A stretch of 34,944 nucleotides of DNA from Acidobacteriota bacterium (lineage in GTDB: Bacteria > Acidobacteriota > UBA4820 > DSQY01), in the NCBI GenBank assembly GCA_021814085.1, contig JAKAJA010000001.1:1-34944 (forward strand), read 5' to 3'. Shown here one piece after another: positions 24,207 through 30,352 of the stretch (position 1 is the first letter of the stretch; each line of letters opens with the position of its first letter). The position numbers and the translations under genes were made by a program. The notes beneath the pieces are model-generated. The model ran no database searches. It had not been told where the DNA came from and saw only the letters and a program-made list of their open reading frames with translations.

Positions 24207-24464
24207 CTAAAAGCGTACATCCACAATTTCAGCCGTCCGCTCCTGAAAACTCGCGCACCTACGCCTGTAACCCCATTTCTCATCAATGGGGCTTCGGGGG
24301 CGAAGAAAGCGTATTCGAATCCCAAGACCGCATCTCCCCTGAATTGTTAGGGCAGGTTGATCCCATTTGATATTCTCGCAATCCTCACAGTTCCGCGTAG
24401 GTAGCCCAATAGGCCGTTCGAGCGGACGGTCCATGCTCTGCTTTTTCGTTTTACGCTCTGCCAT
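24207..24464 (-). CDS. Hypothetical 85-aa Cys-containing protein in a lower-GC island (coding status uncertain)
   Basis: Strong AAGGAGG RBS 5 nt before the ATG. CxxC (NCEDC) plus two further Cys. Third-position GC is clearly lower than in the neighbours. Confidence 0.4.
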   Translation of the reverse strand: MAERKTKKQSMDRPLERPIGLPTRNCEDCENIKWDQPALTIQGRCGLGIRIRFLRPRSPIDEKWGYRRRCASFQERTAEIVDVRF

Positions 24465-24516
24465 CTCTACCTCCTTGCCCGCCGCTCAACGGCGTGGCAT
24501 TATGTAGCCTCTCCCT

Positions 24517-24738
24517 TTACACCGCCTCTTGGAGCCGTTCGAGGTGGTCTCGCACTTCACTGCTGGGCACGAGCGTTTTATGGGGCCCCCGACGATCGCA
24601 CTTGATATGGCCTTCCGCGATCCACCGGTAGATGGTGGAGATGTGCACGTCGAGGAGCGCGGCCAGCTGGGACACGCACCAGGTTTGGCGCATGGCTAGG
24701 CGGCTCATGATCTCGTCTCGGCTCTTGGGGTCACCCAT
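24517..24738 (-). CDS. Small HTH DNA-binding protein (excisionase/MerR-like HTH), last gene of the early operon, 73 aa from MGDPKS
   Basis: CVSQLAALLDVHISTIYRWIAEGHI helix-turn-helix. Occupies the position of Mu mor, after the gemA-like gene. Confidence 0.65.
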   Translation of the reverse strand: MGDPKSRDEIMSRLAMRQTWCVSQLAALLDVHISTIYRWIAEGHIKCDRRGPHKTLVPSSEVRDHLERLQEAV

Positions 24739-25156
24739 GGGCAGTCTCCTTCCCGCCCGCCGGCGGGCCGGGGGCTCCATAGTTCCAGCGCCGCAGCGCC
24801 TGGATTAACTTTGATAGGTCGCGCCGGTCGCACCACTTGAGGGCGTCGCGCCCGGTGACGTGCCTGAGGATCCCATTGAACCGATGGTCGTCCACCTTGT
24901 GCTCACGGCAGAGCCGCTCAATCTCGCGCATCTGGCCGCGCGTTCCGCCCGCTGGTGTTGCGGGCTTGGCGGTTGGGATGAAGCCCAGCTGCGCGAAGAC
25001 CTTCATCATCTCGAAGTAGTGTACGGGCTGGAGGCACCTGTCCGTGCTCTTCTTCGCCCCGAACCTCGACAAGAGCGCCCGGTACGTATCCTCGTCCATG
25101 CTGACCTTGGACTTGGCCACATGGATGAGCTTGATCATGCGCGGAGAAAGGCTCAT
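24731..25156 (-). CDS. gemA: Mu gp16/GemA-like protein, 141 aa
   Basis: MIKLIHVAKSKVSMDEDTYRALLSRFGAKKSTDRC...MMKVFAQLGF resembles the DUF1018/GemA signature. ATGA coupling. Confidence 0.65.
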   Translation of the reverse strand: MSLSPRMIKLIHVAKSKVSMDEDTYRALLSRFGAKKSTDRCLQPVHYFEMMKVFAQLGFIPTAKPATPAGGTRGQMREIERLCREHKVDDHRFNGILRHVTGRDALKWCDRRDLSKLIQALRRWNYGAPGPPAGGKETAHG

Positions 25157-25377
25157 GGCCGGGCCGCCTGATCTCTGGCGTCGGCCGAGGTATAGACCAC
25201 CCAGCGGCGGTGCGCCTCGCACAGTCCCGCGCCGAGCGCGGCGCCCAGAAACGCCCATCCGTAGGGGGTGACGCCGGCCAATGAGTACCCAAGTGCGATG
25301 AAGGCCGCCGTGGCGGCCAATGTGCCCGCTCCGGCCCTCAGCCTGCTTTCGTCCACCAGCTTGGGATGGCGGCTCAT
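25153..25377 (-). CDS. Small two-TM membrane protein, 74 aa
   Basis: Two hydrophobic segments (TLAATAAFIALGYSLAGV and WAFLGAALGAGL). ATGA overlaps at both ends. Confidence 0.6.
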   Translation of the reverse strand: MSRHPKLVDESRLRAGAGTLAATAAFIALGYSLAGVTPYGWAFLGAALGAGLCEAHRRWVVYTSADARDQAARP

Positions 25378-25625
25378 ATCCCCTCCAGGTGGGCCTCGGT
25401 GACGGCCTTGCAAATGGCCAGGCCCAGCAGGTCGTCCAGGTCGCAGGGCGCTGGGCCGAACCGAGAGACGGCGAGGACGCGCTCGATGCACGGCTGGTGG
25501 CCGTTGGCGGCCCGCCTGGCCCAACTGAGCGCCTCCAGGGGTTCAGGGATGTGCGCCGCGGGGCCCGCGTGGCCGAGGGCCTCCCCTACTTCCTTCCATT
25601 TGGCGAGGATCTCGTCGCGGGTCAT
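25374..25625 (-). CDS. Hypothetical protein, 83 aa
   Basis: ATGA overlaps at both ends. Coding-like composition. Confidence 0.6.
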   Translation of the reverse strand: MTRDEILAKWKEVGEALGHAGPAAHIPEPLEALSWARRAANGHQPCIERVLAVSRFGPAPCDLDDLLGLAICKAVTEAHLEGI

Positions 25626-26821
25626 GCCGCCGCACCTTTCTCGGCGCGCATGCGCCGGTGGACGCGCAGGAGGACTAGATAGCCCATGAAGTCCTGCTCG
25701 GTGTCTTCTCCTGCGGCTTCGCCGCGCATGAGACGCGAGAGCTTGTCGTCCAGGCGCACCCGGATCTGTTCCTCGGGATCGGCCTTGCTGAAGACCCTCA
25801 CCGGGTCGAGGGCGCTGTTGCCGTAGGCCCGGTTCTTGGCCATGAGCATCTCGGCCAGGGCTTCGCACTCGTCCCAGATGGCCCGTTGGATCGGGTTCAT
25901 GGTTTCATCGGTGAGGACGAAGGACAGGTCCGCGTCTTCCCCGAGCGACAGGGCCAGGTGGCGGGTCTCCACGGCGTAGCCCTCCGTCTCGCAGCGCACG
26001 GCGTAGAGGCCCACGGGCAGGAAGGGGACGCAGAAGCGGCCGTCCTGGCCCGTCGCCGCCCCCTGGAAGCCTTGGAGCCGCGGGCCGGTCACCTTGATGA
26101 GGACATTCGGGAGGGCCGACCCGCCCTGATCCGTGACGCAGCCGTGGAGGCCAGCGCCCATGGCCCGGTCTTTCAACTCAAAGATCTCGGGCGCGGCTTG
26201 GATGGTGGCCGCGGCGCGCTCGCTCGCATTGTTGAAGCTGGACGTGGACGGGAGGTAGGGGTCTGGGCTGGGCTCGGCGGCCTTGGCCTGGTGCTTTCGG
26301 TCCGCTAATGCGTCGGCCTTGGCCTGGCGGGCCTTTTCCAGTTGGAGCGCCATGCGCCCGTCGGCCTTCCGCGCGGCCAGGGAACAGGCGCTGCAGGTTT
26401 TGGCCTTCCCGTACTGGTTCATCCAGCCCGTTTCACACGCGGGGCAGGGGATTTTGTGATTCGTGCCCACGACGACAGCGCCGAGGATCGTGACCGTGGC
26501 GCCTTCCGGCAGGGGCCTGTCCCCGTACTTGTGCTTCCTCTCCTCGGTTTTCGGCATGTTCATCTCCCGTTCAACGTGTTCAACGCCTGGGCGCGACGGC
26601 TTCGCGTCCGGCTTGGCGATGTAGTGATGGCAGGCCCCGCGCTCGCAGAGGCCCCTGGCGGGCTCCGCGCGGTCCTGCTCTTGGCGCTGGTGGCAGACGG
26701 GCGCCCCGATGACGAACCCCGCGGACAGGCACATGTGGCCGCCCCGCACCGGGAACTTGCGATCCACCCGCGCGACGGCCAGGTCGGCGCTCCCACATAG
26801 GCCTTCAAGGGGATGGCTCAT
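25622..26821 (-). CDS. Multidomain early protein, 399 aa: Cys-rich N-terminus, zinc-ribbon (CPAC...CSAC), carboxypeptidase-regulatory-like beta-sandwich, DUF1599-like C-terminus
   Basis: The ATG at 26821 overlaps the stop of the upstream micro-ORF (ATGA). GCVTDQGGSALPNVLIKV...GQDGRFCVPFLPVGLYAVRCETEGY fits CarboxypepD_reg. NPIQRAIWDE...KNRAYGNSA...RVRLDDKLSRL...DFMGYLVLL fits DUF1599. An alternative internal start exists at 26557 (GGGAG RBS). Confidence 0.6.
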   Translation of the reverse strand: MSHPLEGLCGSADLAVARVDRKFPVRGGHMCLSAGFVIGAPVCHQRQEQDRAEPARGLCERGACHHYIAKPDAKPSRPGVEHVEREMNMPKTEERKHKYGDRPLPEGATVTILGAVVVGTNHKIPCPACETGWMNQYGKAKTCSACSLAARKADGRMALQLEKARQAKADALADRKHQAKAAEPSPDPYLPSTSSFNNASERAAATIQAAPEIFELKDRAMGAGLHGCVTDQGGSALPNVLIKVTGPRLQGFQGAATGQDGRFCVPFLPVGLYAVRCETEGYAVETRHLALSLGEDADLSFVLTDETMNPIQRAIWDECEALAEMLMAKNRAYGNSALDPVRVFSKADPEEQIRVRLDDKLSRLMRGEAAGEDTEQDFMGYLVLLRVHRRMRAEKGAAA

Positions 26822-26901
26822 GGGTTTACGTCCCGGTTTCTGAGGCGCCAGAGCCAGGCCAGCGCGATGAACCAGGCGAGGAGCATGGCAGCGACTTTCA
26901 T
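26818..26901 (-). CDS. 27-aa hydrophobic micro-ORF (MKVAAMLLAWFIALAWLWRLRNRDVNP)
   Basis: GGAGA RBS. ATGA overlaps with both the HNH stop and the next gene's start. One predicted TM helix. Confidence 0.45.
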   Translation of the reverse strand: MKVAAMLLAWFIALAWLWRLRNRDVNP

Positions 26902-27263
26902 GAGGGATCTCCGAAAAGGGCCTGGAAGCCCTTGGTGCGCTCGCGGGTTTCGCGGGCGTGCTCCTGCCGCATGGGCATATCCAGGCGGTTGTGGCAGCCC
27001 TCGCAGAGGGCGAGCAGGTTCTCGGGGCGATGGTCCCAGGGCAACTGGTTGATGTGGTGGACGGTGAGGACCACGGCGCGCTTGCGCCAGTAGAGACGGT
27101 ACCCCTGAGTGAGATGGCACCGGCCAGGGTGGCCTCCGCCGCCGTCATGCTCCTCGCCGCATTGCCCGGTGCATTCGCAGCGCCACCCCGCGCGCTCCTT
27201 CACAGCGTAGGAGATCGCGTGCCAGTCCGGCCCGTAGACGCTCTGATCCTTTACGGGGCTCAC
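26898..27263 (-). CDS. HNH endonuclease, 121 aa from a GTG
   Basis: WRCECTGQCG...VLTVHHINQLPWDHRPENLLALCEGCHN (the H-N-H and Cys-pair pattern). GTGA overlap with the upstream stop. Confidence 0.8.
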   Translation of the reverse strand: MSPVKDQSVYGPDWHAISYAVKERAGWRCECTGQCGEEHDGGGGHPGRCHLTQGYRLYWRKRAVVLTVHHINQLPWDHRPENLLALCEGCHNRLDMPMRQEHARETRERTKGFQALFGDPS

Positions 27264-27451
27264 GGGGTTCCCCTGCGTCGGCGTTTTCTGGTTGTGTCTC
27301 TGCCCCCGGTGAGCTTCTTGAGGGCGCAGGAGAAGCAAATGCCGACCCGATACCCCTCTGGCGTGGAATCGTCGGGAATCCTTACTTGGCCCGGCTTCCC
27401 GCAGGACGGGCACTTCGCATCCATGTTGATGTGGATCTCGTAGGTGGTCAT
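27260..27451 (-). CDS. Zinc-ribbon small protein, 63 aa
   Basis: CPSCG...CFSC, with a basic C-terminus. ATGA coupling. Confidence 0.65.
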   Translation of the reverse strand: MTTYEIHINMDAKCPSCGKPGQVRIPDDSTPEGYRVGICFSCALKKLTGGRDTTRKRRRRGTP

Positions 27452-27813
27452 GCGACCACCTCAAAAGGCAGGGATTGCGCCTGGGATTGCGCCGGATATT
27501 GCATGCCGCTCTTCATTCGGCGCAATGTCTTAATGCGCTGGGACTCCGCGTTGACGGTCTTTTCGAGGATGCGGAGGCCCTTCTCAAATTGCTCCGGATT
27601 GCGCGCGATGAAGTAGCCCGCGCCCTCGTTCATGACCGGGATGTGGAGGACCATGACCAGGTGGTCCAGGGCCTCGCGGATGCGGCGCTCGGCGCTGGAG
27701 ATCTTCATGCCGTGGGGCCCGCACAGGTCCGCCAACTCGCGTCGTTTCAAGGGTTTGGGGGAGGACCGGAGGGTGGCCAGGATGCACAGGGCCAAGGGCT
27801 TAGCGTCGTTCAT
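27448..27813 (-). CDS. Winged-helix-like early protein, 121 aa from MNDAKPL
   Basis: ATGA overlap with the upstream stop. LKRRELADL...ISSAERRIREALDHLV pattern. Confidence 0.55.
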   Translation of the reverse strand: MNDAKPLALCILATLRSSPKPLKRRELADLCGPHGMKISSAERRIREALDHLVMVLHIPVMNEGAGYFIARNPEQFEKGLRILEKTVNAESQRIKTLRRMKSGMQYPAQSQAQSLPFEVVA

Positions 27814-28001
27814 GGGGCGTCCCATCCCACGGCCTTGCTGATGACAGGGTTCCATCCCCCGTAGGCCTCGAACCTTTTCATGATTTCCGAGAGGATCTCG
27901 CCAGTCTCGGGCGTCTCCGGCGACGGTAGAAATCGCATCCACCTGGCGAGTTGCAGCTTGTCGGCCTTTGAAACCTGGGCCAGGTCTGGATAAGGCATCA
28001 T
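27810..28001 (-). CDS. Hypothetical protein, 63 aa
   Basis: ATGA overlaps at both ends. Confidence 0.55.
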   Translation of the reverse strand: MMPYPDLAQVSKADKLQLARWMRFLPSPETPETGEILSEIMKRFEAYGGWNPVISKAVGWDAP

Positions 28002-28462
28002 GGCCTCACCTCCATGACGGTGACTTCGAGGAGGGCGACGCCACGCTTTTCGATGTGGAGCTGGCGGGCGGCCTCCTCGCTCAGGTCGAGATCCCGCCCG
28101 GCGACGTAGGGCCCCCGGTCCGTCACCCGCACGTCCACCCAGCGATGGGTCCTGGGGTCCACCAGGTGCAGCCAGGTGCCCTTCTTGATCGTCTTATGGG
28201 CGCAGGTGAAGCCCCAGCGGTCGAAGCGCTCCCCCGAGGCCGTGAGGCGCCCCTGGTGGTGCTCGCCATACCAGCTCGCCCGCATAAGCCGAGGGCCGCC
28301 GGCCGCCACTGGGAGGGCGAGCGCGACGAGGAGGGCCAGGGCGGACAGCGCGGGAATAAGGCAGCCACCGCCGCCTTCCCAGATCGTCTTCCCCGGCCCT
28401 GGTCGTGGTGCTGGAGCCGCAGACTTCGTGGACACGTGGGCTCTTGGGCTCATGGGCTCCAT
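27998..28462 (-). CDS. RlpA-like (double-psi beta-barrel) lytic transglycosylase-like protein with an N-terminal membrane/signal segment
   Basis: MRASWYGEHHQGRLTASGERFD...FTCAHKTIKKGTWLHLV...VDVRVTDRGPYVAGRDLDLSEEAARQL matches the RlpA/DPBB_1 signature. Preceded by CLIPALSALALLVALALPVAAG. Confidence 0.75.
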   Translation of the reverse strand: MEPMSPRAHVSTKSAAPAPRPGPGKTIWEGGGGCLIPALSALALLVALALPVAAGGPRLMRASWYGEHHQGRLTASGERFDRWGFTCAHKTIKKGTWLHLVDPRTHRWVDVRVTDRGPYVAGRDLDLSEEAARQLHIEKRGVALLEVTVMEVRP

Positions 28463-28488
28463 CCTTTCGGCCTCGTCAGCGCGGGCCT

Positions 28489-28565
28489 CACCCGCGGACA
28501 GGGGGAATCGAACCCCCTGTTTCGGCCTACCTTGCCGGCTAGGACGCGATTTCCTCCATGTCCAC
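28489..28565 (-). other. tRNA-like structure (not a canonical tRNA gene) overlapping the last 8 codons of the Gam-like gene
   Basis: Minus strand: acceptor GTGGACA/TGTCCGC (one G-U); D-arm AGGA-aatcgcg-TCCT; canonical T-arm GGGGG-TTCGATT-CCCCC (28501-28517). The anticodon arm is only 4 bp with loop AAGGTAG (no U33), there is no GG in the D-loop, and 3 nt lie between the acceptor and D stems. Confidence 0.45.
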
Positions 28566-29066
28566 GCTGGCGGGCTTGGCCCAGAAGGTCTCGTCCTGGA
28601 CGATCTCCAGGCCCTTGACGCCCTTGATCTGGCTGGGATCTTCGAGGACGGCCTTCTTGTTGATGTCCTCCTTGATGGCCACGAGCATCTCCAGGCCCTT
28701 GGCCTTGAGCAGCTCGAGGACCTTGGGGAGGCCCGTGACCTTGACCTTGGGCGGGTTGGTGCGCCAGCCCACCTCGCCGGTGCCCAAATTTACGGAGCGC
28801 TTGCCCTGGGCCGTGAGGTCGTCCTTGTTGGCTTCGGCCCACGTCTGGAGGCCGCCCACCAGGTCTTTCACCTGGGCGGCGAGGGCCTGGATCTTGGGTT
28901 GGAACTTGGCCGTCACCTCGGCCACGGCCTTGTCCAGGTCGGCCTGCAACTTCGCCCGGTCGGCCATGGCCGTGCCCAGCTCGCCCATTGCGTTGCTGGC
29001 CTCGGCCGCCGTCTGCGGCGTGGCGCGGTGGGCCTGGGTTGCGATTCGCATGGTGTTCTTCGCCAT
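28539..29066 (-). CDS. gam: Mu Gam-like host-nuclease inhibitor, 175 aa
   Basis: Size, N-terminal coiled coil (LQADLDKAVAEVTAKFQPKIQALAAQV) and position downstream of the B-like gene, as in Mu-like phages. AAAGGAGG RBS. Confidence 0.65.
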   Translation of the reverse strand: MAKNTMRIATQAHRATPQTAAEASNAMGELGTAMADRAKLQADLDKAVAEVTAKFQPKIQALAAQVKDLVGGLQTWAEANKDDLTAQGKRSVNLGTGEVGWRTNPPKVKVTGLPKVLELLKAKGLEMLVAIKEDINKKAVLEDPSQIKGVKGLEIVQDETFWAKPASVDMEEIAS

Positions 29067-29078
29067 CGTGTACCTCCT

Positions 29079-29330
29079 TTAAGCAATCCGGTTTTGTTGG
29101 GGCATGCGGAGCCGGTTGGCCGGGGGGACCATGGCGGCCTGGCCGGACCTGTCCAGCACATAGAAGTAGTGCCGGGCGCTCTGTGCGGCGTTCTCGTGCG
29201 CCATCATGGCCCGGCGCAGATCCTCGTCCCTGCCCGTGGCCTGCGCGATGCACAGCAGCTCGCTGGCGCGCTTCATGTCGTCCAGTGCTCCCGTCCTGTA
29301 CCCGTCCACGATCTTCTCGACTTCTGGCAT
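29079..29330 (-). CDS. Hypothetical early protein, 83 aa
   Basis: GAGGAG RBS. Coding-like composition. Confidence 0.55.
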   Translation of the reverse strand: MPEVEKIVDGYRTGALDDMKRASELLCIAQATGRDEDLRRAMMAHENAAQSARHYFYVLDRSGQAAMVPPANRLRMPQQNRIA

Positions 29331-29353
29331 GGTCGTCTCCTCTCTTGTTGCGG

Positions 29354-30268
29354 TTAGCTGGCCTTGAGCAGGATGATGCCGCTCGCCGCCCGTACGTGAT
29401 CCGCCGTCACTTCGCCTGCCTTGTTGAGCCGCGCCACGCGCTGGGCCTGCGCGGCCAGCTTGGAGGCCGCCCTGAAGCTCTGGGTATGGCCGACCTTGGT
29501 GATGGCGCGCCGGGCCGCCGTGTCATGGATGTTGAGCCGGTCAAGGTATTCGGCCAGATCTGGCTCGGTAGGGTTTCCCACGGTGATGAAATAATCGACC
29601 CGGCTATACAGCTGGGCCATGCTCTCTGAGGCATTTGGCCCACGGGTGAGGGTGCGCTGGAGCTGGGGGGCACCCGCGAGTAGGAGGCCCAGTTGCTTGG
29701 TATCGAGCAGGGTGCGCATCCCCTCGAGAGCGCGCCGGTTCAGGGCGTCCGCCTCATCCAGGATGAGCAGCTTACCCTTCAGGCGCTTCTTGGCCTGCTG
29801 CATCATGACGGCGGTGGTGGCCCCGCCGCCTTCCTCGCCGAGGATAGCCTGGAGCAGGTAGAAGAGCGTTGTGGTCACGTCGCAGCGGACGAGGACAACA
29901 CCATCGTTCTCCACGTAATATTTATTGAGCGCCTCGGTCTTTCCCACACCCGGCAGGCCGATGATGACGCCGAAACCCTTGTTTTCCTGACACTCGCGGC
30001 ACACCTCGTGGATCATTAGGAGGCCCTGAGTGTCCACCGGCCCCTGGCCGATCTGGGTAATCTCCGCAAGGAACTTCTCCACCCGCCTATTCATGGTCTC
30101 TGGCGTGCTGTACGTCCCATGCCGCCAAGACGACAGGCCAGAGTCCGCGATCCCCATCTTCCGGGCCACCTCGGCCCAGGGCCACCCTCTCTGCTGGCGG
30201 TAGGCCTCAAGTTTCGCCACCAGCGTCGGGTCCGTCGCTCCCGTTCTTTGTTCTTGGTTTACCGGCAT
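29354..30268 (-). CDS. MuB-like AAA+ DNA transposition ATPase, 304 aa from MPVNQ
   Basis: Walker A GLPGVGKT and Walker B LLILDEAD. N-terminal HTH-like WAEVARKMGIADSGLSSW. Immediately downstream of the transposase. GGAGG RBS 5 nt before the ATG at 30268. Confidence 0.85.
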   Translation of the reverse strand: MPVNQEQRTGATDPTLVAKLEAYRQQRGWPWAEVARKMGIADSGLSSWRHGTYSTPETMNRRVEKFLAEITQIGQGPVDTQGLLMIHEVCRECQENKGFGVIIGLPGVGKTEALNKYYVENDGVVLVRCDVTTTLFYLLQAILGEEGGGATTAVMMQQAKKRLKGKLLILDEADALNRRALEGMRTLLDTKQLGLLLAGAPQLQRTLTRGPNASESMAQLYSRVDYFITVGNPTEPDLAEYLDRLNIHDTAARRAITKVGHTQSFRAASKLAAQAQRVARLNKAGEVTADHVRAASGIILLKAS

Positions 30269-30352
30269 CGTCACCTCCTCTATCTCGCCCTCTCGATCAG
30301 CACTCAGCTCACATACCCGCCCGTGCGGGCTGTTCGCATGTCACAACAAGGT

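Noticed and set aside
24270-24304. Hammerhead-like UGAUGAG motif on the minus strand, and a TTCGAAT T-loop-like motif at 24312-24320.
   Set aside because: The flanking sequences do not form the required helices (no stem I/III for a hammerhead, no T-stem). These are treated as chance matches within local hairpins.
26822-27148. N-terminal 109-aa extension of the 508-aa ORF-track call 25622..27148.
   Set aside because: The extension overlaps the HNH gene in another frame and is Ser/Thr/Pro/Ala-rich junk. The ATGA-coupled start at 26821 explains the region better.
28489-28565. Calling this a bona fide tRNA gene.
   Set aside because: The anticodon arm is only 4 bp, with no U33. The D-loop lacks the conserved GG, and 3 nt lie between the acceptor and D stems. 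The 5' third is protein-coding. It is reported only as a tRNA-like structure.
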